Positions 9,115 through 17,849 are shown, counted from the stretch's first letter. The stretch: 56,332 nt of DNA from an uncultured Candidatus Saccharibacteria bacterium (GCA_964440955.1 CAYTTP010000003.1:1-56332); one strand, 5' to 3'. The notes: generated from the sequence alone by a model not told the origin. A program made the numbers and translations.

Positions 9115-9148
9115 AACAAAAGAGCCGTATTGTACGGCTCTTTTGTTT
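9115..9148. terminator. bidirectional intrinsic terminator-like hairpin
   Basis: AAAGAGCCGTA-TTG-TACGGCTCTTT, flanked by an A-run and a T-run. Confidence 0.75.
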
Positions 9149-9187
9149 TCCCTTGAATTTTATTACCTAACATTTAGAATTAGAAAT

Positions 9188-9220
9188 ATCACCCCTAGCC
9201 CCTCTTACTTTAAGAGGGGA
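9188..9220. repeat. TCACCCC-hairpin intergenic motif, copy 2
   Basis: ATCACCCCTAG followed by the hairpin CCCCTCTTA-CTT-TAAGAGGGG. The arms are the same as in copy 1. Confidence 0.55.
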
Positions 9221-9251
9221 ACAACAACTTAATTTTTAATTTTCAATCCTT

Positions 9252-9515
9252 ATGCCTGTCATCAAAAGCTTGCTCAATCAAATAGCCACACTCTTTTTGA
9301 ACCCGCTCATCATTCTTGGTTTTGTTGTTGCTACACTCTATCTTTTTTGGGGTATTGGGCAAATGATACTAAACGCCGACTCAAGCAAGCTCGACGAACA
9401 TCGGAAGGGAGTTATTTGGGGCGTTGTTGGCTTACTTATCATGTTCTCCGTTTACGGCATTCTCCGTCTTGTTATCCAAACTTTTGAGATCGAGTGTAAT
9501 TTGTATTTTTGTTAG
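9252..9515 (+). CDS. pilin-like small membrane protein, short form (divergent)
   Basis: 87 aa. Motif: LYLFWGIGQMILNADSSKLDEHRKGVIWGVVGLLIMFSVYGIL. Confidence 0.55.
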   Translation: MPVIKSLLNQIATLFLNPLIILGFVVATLYLFWGIGQMILNADSSKLDEHRKGVIWGVVGLLIMFSVYGILRLVIQTFEIECNLYFC

Positions 9516-9558
9516 TTCCATTTAGAAAAATAAAAAAATAAGCATGAAAAAAGGGGCG

Positions 9559-10371
9559 CTAGCGCGCCCCTTTCGGTGGGAAGAACATGATGCCCACCTC
9601 CATTTTGCCTGGGTCCCGCTTGCGAACCCAGAGTTTCTCGGCATTCAGATGCACCCGCACCTTTGCTGCTGGGTCGAAACTCCTCTTTTCTCCCCGCTCG
9701 TTCAGGTATTCGATTGCCTCTTTTGTCGAGATGTTGTAAGTCCAGTTTACAGGGATTGTGACCCCTCCATTAAAGGTCTCACTATCTACCTCCAATTTGT
9801 AGGAGAACTCCCTGCCGATCTTCGGCGCCCAGCACTGAGCACTTCCGTGCCAAGCGATGAGCCCGACTTCATGGTACATTTTGACCATCTTCTGAAACTT
9901 CTCCTGAGTCTCAAAAAGGTCGGTCTCACACATCGCGACGGCTCGGAGTTCTTTTGGAGCCTTTGAGAGCATTCGCTCAAAGTTTTTCCTCTCCTTGAAT
10001 TCTTTGGCGGTTAGATCTCCACGGTCTACCACCGTATATGCTGTGGTGAGGAAAGCCACAGCTAAGATTGCTCCTAACCATTTTGCTGCTTTTTGAGCAG
10101 TCGGGTGGGGCTTCTTATCTGGGCCTTCCAAGGTATTCAAGAGGGCAACAATGAAGATGCCTAAATTGAAGACAACCAGAGAAAGTCCAGAAAAAAACAA
10201 GATTCTCCACATCCATGGTATGGCCTGGGAGATCAGCACATTGGCTAAAACAAGAGAGCCAATAATGATGATGGTATTATTCTTAAGTCTCTGCTGCTCT
10301 TCGGGTGTACCCGCAAGCATCAGAAGAAGCTTCTTGATTTTATTTGTGTTCATTTGTACCTCTCTTACCAT
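9559..10371 (-). CDS. hypothetical membrane protein with soluble C-terminal domain
   Basis: 270 aa with 3-4 hydrophobic helices in the N-terminal half. The stop sits inside the GC hairpin AAAGGGGCGC-TAGC-GCGCCCCTTT. Probably co-transcribed with the upstream SPFH gene. Confidence 0.5.
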   Translation of the reverse strand: MVREVQMNTNKIKKLLLMLAGTPEEQQRLKNNTIIIIGSLVLANVLISQAIPWMWRILFFSGLSLVVFNLGIFIVALLNTLEGPDKKPHPTAQKAAKWLGAILAVAFLTTAYTVVDRGDLTAKEFKERKNFERMLSKAPKELRAVAMCETDLFETQEKFQKMVKMYHEVGLIAWHGSAQCWAPKIGREFSYKLEVDSETFNGGVTIPVNWTYNISTKEAIEYLNERGEKRSFDPAAKVRVHLNAEKLWVRKRDPGKMEVGIMFFPPKGAR

Positions 10372-10437
10372 TATATCATATTTAGATAAAAAGTAAAGGG
10401 CTACCGGAATCCGGTAGCCCTTGGTTGAAAGGGTTGC

Positions 10438-11895
10438 TTATGGGTGAGGTTTCGGTGTTGCTGTGGGGTTCGTGGGTGGGGGTGGGGCTGAAGTAGGAGT
10501 GGTTACTATGGTCTGTACTGCTTTGGTTAGTGATCCAATAATGGATAAATCCATCGGCAGGATCACACCTCCTTTCCCTTGACTGGCTTCAACTGCCGCT
10601 TCAGTTTTCACAATGAGTTCACCCATAGGTGAATCACCGAGTGCGGCAATCTTAGCTTTGATACCAGCGGCTTCAGCAAGCATGTCAGCTTGTTTAGCTG
10701 ATGCATTACCTGCTCCTTCGTTGATCTTCTTTTTCTTGTCACCTTCAGAGATGTTAATCGTCGACTGCCGGGTACCCTCTGAAGCAGTGACGATAGCGGC
10801 TTTTTTGTAGCCAGCCTCCACTGCGTGCGCCATCTCCTTATTGACGTCTTTGGGGAAACCAGGGTCTTTGATGGAGACACTGATTAGATTTACTCCTAGG
10901 TTCGGGTTGGGGTTAGTAAGGCCTTGTTGGCTATTCGGCTCCCCGATCAACTGTTCGATTCGGTATCTGATAATAGCGCAAACAATGTCTTTGTGTGCGT
11001 TCATCATACCTGCCGTCATGACACCGGTGAGCTCTTGGATTGTTCCCTTTGCCACATTAGCGATATTTCTACTCAGTGTTTCAATATCACCAAGAGTAGA
11101 AATGAACTTGCCAGCGTCCTCGATCCTGTATGACAGGATTAGGCGTGGTTCGCATGTGATGGCTTGGTGTAGTGGGTCGTTCTTTGATTTCCCGTACTTC
11201 TGCACTTCTGGTAATCCTATCCTTAGGGCATCTGGGATATTACCTATGGTCCCTTTTGCCAAGAGGAGAGCGTCTATCGACGGGAAAGTCACTCTGAATG
11301 GCGCTCTGTCCAGAAAAGTGTTGTTGATTTTATCATCCACAATTGCTTTTCCGAGTGTATCTGTAAGATGGGACCCAACCTCCGTTTGGATGACATTTTC
11401 AGTCACTGTCTCTATCCTGTTTAATAAGGCAAAGACATAGTATAGGCCAGGCCCGACCTTCCCCTTATTGCGTTCAAGTTGGAGTCTTACCCCAATTTCG
11501 CCAATGACGACTCTTTTGAAGCTTATCAGTACATGCAGTGTAACTGCGATGCATGCGAGAGGCAGCCAGTTTGACTCTTCATCGCTTAGCACCATCCCCA
11601 CCATGATTACGGTAGGGTATGTTACTAGCGCTAACAAGGCATCAATCTGTGATAACAATGACTGGGGCCCGTTTACGGGAGGTATGTACTTAAACAACCT
11701 CCTGCCGTAGTATATTGTGGCCACTAGCATCGCAATTCCCACGGCATAGATGATATTCCACGGGAAACCATAGGTGACTACGCTTTGTAGCCATCCCCAG
11801 ATTTCTTTCAGTCTTGCTACTGTGTTTATTACTGCCACGAGTAGCCCGAGGATACCACCGGCCCACCATGCAATCTTCTTCTTTCTGGGCGACAT
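10438..11895 (-). CDS. SPFH/band-7 (flotillin/prohibitin-like) domain membrane protein
   Basis: 485 aa with N-terminal TM helices. The central region has SPFH-like character, followed by an Ala/Lys-rich coiled segment (EGDKKKKINEGAGNASAKQADMLAEAAGIKAKIAAL) and a Pro/Thr tail. Confidence 0.7.
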   Translation of the reverse strand: MSPRKKKIAWWAGGILGLLVAVINTVARLKEIWGWLQSVVTYGFPWNIIYAVGIAMLVATIYYGRRLFKYIPPVNGPQSLLSQIDALLALVTYPTVIMVGMVLSDEESNWLPLACIAVTLHVLISFKRVVIGEIGVRLQLERNKGKVGPGLYYVFALLNRIETVTENVIQTEVGSHLTDTLGKAIVDDKINNTFLDRAPFRVTFPSIDALLLAKGTIGNIPDALRIGLPEVQKYGKSKNDPLHQAITCEPRLILSYRIEDAGKFISTLGDIETLSRNIANVAKGTIQELTGVMTAGMMNAHKDIVCAIIRYRIEQLIGEPNSQQGLTNPNPNLGVNLISVSIKDPGFPKDVNKEMAHAVEAGYKKAAIVTASEGTRQSTINISEGDKKKKINEGAGNASAKQADMLAEAAGIKAKIAALGDSPMGELIVKTEAAVEASQGKGGVILPMDLSIIGSLTKAVQTIVTTPTSAPPPPTNPTATPKPHP

Positions 11896-12005
11896 AAATC
11901 TCCTTCTTAAGGTTGAACTATTTCTAGTCGCTATTATATCACTATTTCATAAAAAAGCAAGATTTGAGGTTGTGGGAATAGGTGTTGTGTGGTAAGGTTG
12001 TTTTA

Positions 12006-12572
12006 GGTCTTCATTTGAGATAACAGCTGTTACTTGTCGGCTTTGGCTTAGCGGGTTTTGCCCGTCTTCGCTAAAGCTTTGGCGGGTGATAGAGGAAAGT
12101 CCGAACATGGGTCTCGACCGAAAGGTACGGGAAAGAGTAGCGGGTAACGCCCGTCGTGCGCAAGCATAGGGTTGCGAACAGAAACGATCCGGTTAAGTCC
12201 GGCTGAAACGGCAAAATACCTATTTCCATGCAAGGCCGTACTGGGAGATGAAAGTTTCTCAGGGTGCCGCTAAAAATCCCCATAAGGATTTTTATCCTGA
12301 GCTAATTTAGGTACATATATCTAAATTGGTCGAAGGATTCTAATCATTAAGGATTGATGATTCGTTTGGCAACAAACGCAACAGATGAATTGTTATCACC
12401 AATTTTGTCTACCGGAGGTAGTAACAAAATTGAGTGTCCCGCGAAACGTAGTGGAGTGGGGCATATCCAACTTCGCCTTTCGATAAACTCAAGGCTACGC
12501 TGGATGCTCAATTTTGCAGCTACTTGCAGTAGGCAAAATTGGCACAGAATTCGGCTTATGATAATGAAGATC
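12006..12572 (+). ncRNA. rnpB: RNase P RNA (bacterial type A-like), expanded to about 567 nt
   Basis: GAGGAAAGTCC at 12092-12102 and ACAGAATTCGGCTTAT at 12544-12559. GGGTAACGCC, CAACAGAAA-like and AGATGAAT motifs lie between them. P1 pairs GGTCTTCATT (12006-12015) with AATGAAGATC (12563-12572). The P3 hairpin is at 12061-12086. Confidence 0.88.
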
Positions 12573-12582
12573 GAAAAATGCA

Positions 12583-12608
12583 AAAACCGCCCCTCAAAGG
12601 CGGTTTTT
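12583..12608 (+). terminator. intrinsic terminator after rnpB
   Basis: AAAACCGCC-CCTCAAA-GGCGGTTTTT. Confidence 0.8.
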
Positions 12609-12788
12609 GCTTCCTCAATTTTTTCTCATCTTTTATTTTTAATCCAATTACACAAGTTTTTACGATCGTGAAAACTTGTGTAGAGAGTATTTTTTTATTT
12701 TTATTGGAAATTTCCAGAATATCCCACGAGCTTGCTGTGGGGATGAATGGAAGTAAACAACCACCAGACTTAGGTCCGGTGGTTGTTT

Positions 12789-12827
12789 ACATATCTAAAA
12801 ATATGTATATTGAATGTGGAGGTGGTT
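12789..12827 (+). promoter_or_regulatory. conserved leader/RBS block of the HEAT-like paralog cassette (copy 1)
   Basis: ACATATCTAAAAATATGTATATTGAATGTGGAGGTGGTT is nearly identical to 13487-13527. It contains the ACATAT/ATATGT inverted repeat and a GGAGG RBS. Confidence 0.5.
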
Positions 12828-13439
12828 ATGAAAAAAGTGATCGCGGTGTTTGTTTGGACATTCTCACTTTTTGCCCAGCAGGATAACGCTCTTGTTTGCG
12901 AAAACTATCCGATCACCGATGGTCGGACAATTGAACAGAGAGCGAAGAGTCTGATGCTGTTTAATTACAGCTCGGAATACTTTGTCAGGATCTTGAAAGA
13001 TCCAAAGAAAAAATCGTGTAGGATGAACGCAGTGGTCTTTCTTGGCTTTATTGGTGGCGACAAAGAAGCCAAATTTCTGCACGACCTTATTCATGAGAGA
13101 GGGAAGGTGGATGAGGATGAAGTGTATGTTCGGGGGCTCGCGGTGTTGGCTCTTGGCAATATGGCTCGACGTTGTGTTGTGCGAGCTACGCCATACCTAT
13201 TTAGCATCTGGAGATCGGCGATGGCGTCGGAGATCGGTCTACCAGCGCCCTATCCAGGTGTTGATCCAAACATCTATTTTGCCAATAAAGCTATATTTTC
13301 CCTAGGCAATATAGGTCTTGTTGAGATAGAAAATATACTCAACAGGTTTGAGGGGTATAATGGCGGTGTATATAGGGAAGTTACAAGGAAGGCGGTTCAG
13401 GTAAGTAAGGAAAAAAGAATGAAGGGTTGTGTTCCTTGA
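12828..13439 (+). CDS. secreted HEAT/ARM-like repeat protein, paralog 1
   Basis: Starts at an ATG behind GGAGG. Signal peptide MKKVIAVFVWTFSLFA. Segments such as NAVVFLGFIGGDKEAKFL and RGLAVLALGNMA are HEAT-like. Confidence 0.55.
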   Translation: MKKVIAVFVWTFSLFAQQDNALVCENYPITDGRTIEQRAKSLMLFNYSSEYFVRILKDPKKKSCRMNAVVFLGFIGGDKEAKFLHDLIHERGKVDEDEVYVRGLAVLALGNMARRCVVRATPYLFSIWRSAMASEIGLPAPYPGVDPNIYFANKAIFSLGNIGLVEIENILNRFEGYNGGVYREVTRKAVQVSKEKRMKGCVP

Positions 13440-13460
13440 CTCCAAGTGGCAAGAATTTTG

Positions 13461-13486
13461 GCCGGCGCGCTCGCGCGCCGGCTTTT
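13461..13486 (+). terminator. GC-rich hairpin plus T-run
   Basis: GCCGGCGCGC..GCGCGCCGGC followed by TTTT. Confidence 0.7.
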
Positions 13487-13527
13487 CATATGTCTAAAAA
13501 ATATGTATATTAAACGTGGAGGTGGCT
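13487..13527 (+). promoter_or_regulatory. conserved leader/RBS block of the HEAT-like paralog cassette (copy 2)
   Basis: CATATGTCTAAAAAATATGTATATTAAACGTGGAGGTGGCT matches 12789-12827. Confidence 0.5.
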
Positions 13528-14163
13528 ATGAAAACTATCATTGCCGTGCTGTTTGCTTTTGTCGGCCTCTTCGGAGCCGACACGGAAAGTTTTATTTGTC
13601 GAGAGCCATTCGACTTGCATGGCTTCGGTCGTTTGGACCGGACCGAGAAGGTGAGGGATGAAATCCGCTCGCTCACTGGGTCCGACAACCCTGTTTGCGC
13701 TCGGAACGCTCTCCGCGCACTCGGACTCATGGGAGACCTTGAGTTTCTCACTTCAAGGTTCAGTCACGGAGAAGGTGAGCTCAGTCACGAAACATACAGC
13801 GATAAACTCGCGACCATGTCGGAGATCACAATGATTGCGATGAACTTTAAGGATGAGAGGGTGGGTAAGGATGCCCTCTTGTTTATGAAGGGTATTGCGG
13901 TTGACAATAGTTTGCCTTGGTGGCACGGCGCCTCAGAGGTCTTGGGAAGAAGTAAATACGACTCCACCAAGATCTTCACTGTGACAATGTTGTCGCGATT
14001 AGGGACGGAGGATGTGGAGAAATTCCTCCTATACGCCAAGGAGTCGGGGGTGATCTTTGGCAAGGGGAGGCTGGTTGATGTTTTGGACGCCGCTATTGAG
14101 GACAACTCAAAAAGAGCTTTCGAATATTTCTTCCACGGCCTATTCAGTCACCGTATGCCGTAG
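13528..14163 (+). CDS. secreted HEAT/ARM-like repeat protein, paralog 2
   Basis: Signal peptide MKTIIAVLFAFVGLFGA. ARNALRALGLMGDLEFL is a HEAT-like segment. The leader is the same as for paralog 1. Confidence 0.55.
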   Translation: MKTIIAVLFAFVGLFGADTESFICREPFDLHGFGRLDRTEKVRDEIRSLTGSDNPVCARNALRALGLMGDLEFLTSRFSHGEGELSHETYSDKLATMSEITMIAMNFKDERVGKDALLFMKGIAVDNSLPWWHGASEVLGRSKYDSTKIFTVTMLSRLGTEDVEKFLLYAKESGVIFGKGRLVDVLDAAIEDNSKRAFEYFFHGLFSHRMP

Positions 14164-14195
14164 GGCGGGTGACACGACCTATCTACTCCCCACCA

Positions 14196-14226
14196 AAAGC
14201 CGGCGCACCCCGCCGGCTTTCATTTT
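14196..14226 (+). terminator. intrinsic terminator
   Basis: AAAGCCGGCG-CACCC-CGCCGGCTTT, then CATTTTTT. Confidence 0.7.
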
Positions 14227-14303
14227 TTATATTCACACATTAATTTTTTGCTAGCTTAAAATCTTAGGTTAAAATACTTTTTCAACCAAAAACTATCTTG
14301 CTT

Positions 14304-14346
14304 ATCACCCCATCTCCCCCAATATCAGCCATAGCTGATATTGGGG
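14304..14346. repeat. TCACCCC-hairpin intergenic motif, copy 3
   Basis: ATCACCCCATCT followed by the hairpin CCCCAATATCAGC-CATA-GCTGATATTGGGG. Confidence 0.5.
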
Positions 14347-14347
14347 T

Positions 14348-14698
14348 TTAACCTCTAATTTTTATAATTAATTTTCTGATTAAATATCCCAAGACAAAGC
14401 CAGCGATAGCTAATATTATTGGTATATAAATATGATTAAAATCTCCTGCTACAAAATAAAGTATGGCTGGTAGTAATAACCAAAACTTTATTTTTGATGA
14501 TTCAAAAAATATTGGTACGAAAAAAATATATGCCAGCGGTACTCCTACTAGTGAGATCAATATATCCTTACTTACCCCTCTGGTGTTGTCATATTGTGGA
14601 GAAAATTTATCATACCAGTTACCAAATATATCTGACAAAAAATAACTGATAATTAAAACAGCTACAAACAACAATGTATTTTTTAAAAAATTTTTCAT
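14348..14698 (-). CDS. hypothetical small membrane protein
   Basis: 116 aa with about four hydrophobic helices. It abuts the downstream end of the large hydrolase gene. Confidence 0.5.
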   Translation of the reverse strand: MKNFLKNTLLFVAVLIISYFLSDIFGNWYDKFSPQYDNTRGVSKDILISLVGVPLAYIFFVPIFFESSKIKFWLLLPAILYFVAGDFNHIYIPIILAIAGFVLGYLIRKLIIKIRG

Positions 14699-14699
14699 A

Positions 14700-17249
14700 T
14701 TAATTATTCTTTAGTATAAATTCTAAATCTTTTTGTAATAAATCAAATGCTTCTTTAGTTATTTTGTTTTTCCTTACCAGTAATTTTAGCTCGGTCTCTA
14801 AAAGTCTCAACAATATTTTGTCAACAACTTTTTCAAATTTTCCATTGCGCTTTTTTTCGGACTTAACTATTAGCTTTGCTTGAGCGATCAAAGCTTCCTT
14901 GGTGCCTCTGTCTTTGATCCACTTCATACGATAGGCGCCTTCTATATCCTGAATCAACAGCTCGAGGGTGACTTGTCTTTCTGTTTCTATGACGTCTGGC
15001 TTACTTTCGTCGATCTTTATCTCTAAATCTGTTATTTGGTTTGGGGATGTTACTCCTTCTATTGTACTTGTAGCCACTTTTGTTTCGGTGATAAAACTTG
15101 TGAGTACTGTGTATTTGCCACCACTGTCAGTACCTTGAGTTTGTACCTTGTATTCTCCGTCCTGTGGATTGAGGATCACGATATACTCTTGGTCGGTCTG
15201 GTGGCCGGAATAAAATGCACCTGGTATTTGATCGTATTCGGTGTTAGTTGAAAAATCTTTGCCCACTTTTTTGCCATCAGGCGCAGTGACGACAAAGTCT
15301 ACAGGGGAGAGTAATTGAATTATCAAAGCCTTGCTATCTAGACCATAATTATTATCGAACGTGACAACTGGTTCTTTGCCCGTAAGTGTCTTGAATATTA
15401 TTCTTTGTGCTAATACCGGTATTCTGTCATGTGAAGCAGTTATTGTTTCGTTTGTAATAGATGGGTGTAAGGTCGACCCAATCAATGTGACTGTATTGTC
15501 TCCTGACCCTCTTTCTAATCCTTTATCGCCTGTTATTACATAAAAACCATCCGGTTCACCATGCTCCCACAGGCCAAGTTTATTACTAGGAACGATCCTT
15601 ATCTTTTCTATTGTCTTGTCTTCTCCAGAATCTCCGACAATATTTGTTATCTTTACTCCTGAGTTCAATAATTTATTTATCCCTGTCTGACTGTTCAAAT
15701 CTTCAAGAAAGTTATTTCTTGGGTAATTGGTAGGGTAGGTCCGCATTGCCACAGTACTTTTATCTTTCAGATAATCAAAGGTCGGTAGTAGCTCTTGGAC
15801 CGAAGTTATAGGTCTGTTTTGGATGTAGCTAAATATATTTTTGTAGCCATTTTTTAATGCCTCAGCTTGAAAGAAAGATTCAGCAAACATATCAAAAAAT
15901 GTATCTGGAAATCTTCCCCCCTCCCACTGCAAGTACGCTTTAGGCGAGCCTTGGTGAGGGGTGCCGAGGAAGATGAGTTGGTCAATATCGTTTTGATAAT
16001 GGTTTGATTGAATGTATTGCCTTGCGACTAGTCCTCCCATCGAGTGAGCTACTACATCGACTTTGTAGCAGGAAGTATCGTTTAGGTTTGCTAAGGTACA
16101 GGCTTCTTTCGCTTCGTTTATTTTTGTCCTCAAAGAGAGAGCGGTGAGTACGTTGGAGTCACGCCATTCGTAAGGGAAGGGGAATAAAGTTTTTTCTTTT
16201 TCGTAACCGTTTGCTGTAAGGGTGTCGATGAGGTCATCATAAGCGTGAAGGATAGGGTCGATCACTAGTTTGCCATTTTTGTAAGCGCTCCCCATGATAC
16301 CAGGTACGATGATGACCGGATTTATTTTTTGTTCCGTGCCGGGTAGAGAAGTGAGGAACGGGCTGAACAATACATTGCCACGCACTTTTTCTCGCGGGTC
16401 ATTTATTTCTCCATTTACTACTATTGGTCCAGCTGCATCGTTCCACCAATTATTGATCGCATTTAGCGTGTTTGTTGATTCATTGAAAACTGCGTATTCT
16501 TTGTTGTTCTCAAAAACTGAATCAGTCACATCTATATTGCCATCCACCATTCTTATGCCAGCTAAATTGTCTTTAAATACTGATTTTCTGATTGTGCTTG
16601 TGCCGTTATTTTGATAAATACCATAAATATTGTCTTCAAAAATTGAATCAGTAATATCAAGACTACCTTCGACATTTTGGATCGCGTATCCGTGGTTATA
16701 ATGTCCGACCGACCAATCAAAGAGAGTAGCGTAATTTCTTTTGAATTCAGAGTTTTTTATTGAAACATTTCCATTTAATATCCTGATTGCTGAATATTTG
16801 CCCCACCCATATCCGGCCGCGCCTGCATCTTTCAAAATAAGATTTTCTATTTCACCGACCCCGCCTTCTTTAAAATGTAGACCTTGCCAACTGCCTGGAG
16901 TTGAAGAGCTGGTTTCGCTATCTTCGTTTGTGTCGCCACCTATATCATCGAAAAAAGAAGTAAAAATTACCGGATTTTCTTTTGTGCCCTTTATTATTAT
17001 TTCACCCAAAATTGTTGGGCCATCGGTGCGAATATTTGTGTTTTTGGCTTTGACGACGACTCCTGCTTCGATCGTGAGTGTTGTATCGGGAAGTACCAAG
17101 AAATCACTATCAATAACATATACACCTCCAGTTGTTGTCCAAGTAGTGTCGCTTGAAATCGGGGCGGTAACAAATGTATCGGCACTTGCGATTTTTGAGC
17201 TAAATAAAAAGAGGGAGAGTAAGACGATTTTGCCGACAACGTTATTCAT
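14700..17249 (-). CDS. large secreted protein: beta-helix repeats plus alpha/beta-hydrolase (lipase/PGAP1-like) domain
   Basis: 849 aa with a signal peptide. The N-terminal region has repeated NxxG/IxN beta-helix-like units. The nucleophile elbow is VVAHSMGGLVARQY (GxSxG). Confidence 0.7.
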   Translation of the reverse strand: MNNVVGKIVLLSLFLFSSKIASADTFVTAPISSDTTWTTTGGVYVIDSDFLVLPDTTLTIEAGVVVKAKNTNIRTDGPTILGEIIIKGTKENPVIFTSFFDDIGGDTNEDSETSSSTPGSWQGLHFKEGGVGEIENLILKDAGAAGYGWGKYSAIRILNGNVSIKNSEFKRNYATLFDWSVGHYNHGYAIQNVEGSLDITDSIFEDNIYGIYQNNGTSTIRKSVFKDNLAGIRMVDGNIDVTDSVFENNKEYAVFNESTNTLNAINNWWNDAAGPIVVNGEINDPREKVRGNVLFSPFLTSLPGTEQKINPVIIVPGIMGSAYKNGKLVIDPILHAYDDLIDTLTANGYEKEKTLFPFPYEWRDSNVLTALSLRTKINEAKEACTLANLNDTSCYKVDVVAHSMGGLVARQYIQSNHYQNDIDQLIFLGTPHQGSPKAYLQWEGGRFPDTFFDMFAESFFQAEALKNGYKNIFSYIQNRPITSVQELLPTFDYLKDKSTVAMRTYPTNYPRNNFLEDLNSQTGINKLLNSGVKITNIVGDSGEDKTIEKIRIVPSNKLGLWEHGEPDGFYVITGDKGLERGSGDNTVTLIGSTLHPSITNETITASHDRIPVLAQRIIFKTLTGKEPVVTFDNNYGLDSKALIIQLLSPVDFVVTAPDGKKVGKDFSTNTEYDQIPGAFYSGHQTDQEYIVILNPQDGEYKVQTQGTDSGGKYTVLTSFITETKVATSTIEGVTSPNQITDLEIKIDESKPDVIETERQVTLELLIQDIEGAYRMKWIKDRGTKEALIAQAKLIVKSEKKRNGKFEKVVDKILLRLLETELKLLVRKNKITKEAFDLLQKDLEFILKNN

Positions 17250-17362
17250 ATAAATTGACCAGTAAAGCCTTTGAAATGGCTCTGCTTATAATTTGCCACC
17301 ATCATAACAAAAAAAATTTTGATAATTTTTAAAAATGGGGATAGTGGGGTATCATTGTAGCT

Positions 17363-17761
17363 ATGGAACAGGGTGTCGAACAAAAAAAGCGCATCAAATG
17401 GTGGATGGCTGGGTGTTTAGTCGCGGTAGCGGTTACAATCGACCTGATCCAACTTTTATTGACTTTGGTTGTTGTTGGGGCTGTGATAAGTCCAATCATA
17501 ACTATAGGAGCAACAATGCTCTTTTGGACATGGTATAAAATGCTCGGCATTTCTTTTGTGACCAATCCCAAGCAAATTGCGACTCTTACTACACAATTTT
17601 TTGGTGAATTGATACCTGTAGTTGATGTACTCCCACTTTGGACTATTGGTACTATCGTCACCATTGTTATCACTAATTCGGAAGACAAGGGAGGTTTGTT
17701 GGGCAAAGTGACATCTATTGCCGACTCCGCTACTCACTTCACGAGTGTGAAGAAGGTTTAA
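17363..17761 (+). CDS. hypothetical membrane protein
   Basis: 132 aa with 3-4 hydrophobic helices. Confidence 0.45.
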   Translation: MEQGVEQKKRIKWWMAGCLVAVAVTIDLIQLLLTLVVVGAVISPIITIGATMLFWTWYKMLGISFVTNPKQIATLTTQFFGELIPVVDVLPLWTIGTIVTIVITNSEDKGGLLGKVTSIADSATHFTSVKKV

Positions 17762-17768
17762 AATTTTG

Positions 17769-17849
17769 TGCTGGGGGGGAGACTTGAACTCCCACGGATT
17801 ACTCCACTGGTTCCTAAGACCAGCGCGGCTACCATTACGCCACCCCAGC
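17769..17849 (-). tRNA. tRNA-Leu(UAG), class II, no CCA encoded
   Basis: Reverse complement: acceptor GCTGGGG/CCCCAGC, anticodon arm CTGGT-CTTAGGA-ACCAG, long variable arm, T arm GGGAG-TTCAAGT-CTCCC, A73. Confidence 0.88.

Noticed and set aside
9544-9966. Plus-strand ORF 9544-9966 as the real gene in this GC-rich stretch.
   Set aside because: The overlapping minus-strand ORF (9559-10371) is longer. It has clear TM helices and ends at a terminator hairpin. The plus ORF has an improbable composition rich in W, C, H and P.
12048-12886. Track ORFs 12048-12233, 12071-12283 and 12347-12583 (minus strand) and 12354-12671 and 12539-12886 (plus strand).
   Set aside because: They overlap the RNase P RNA and its terminator, or the leader of the next gene. 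They have no RBS and odd composition.
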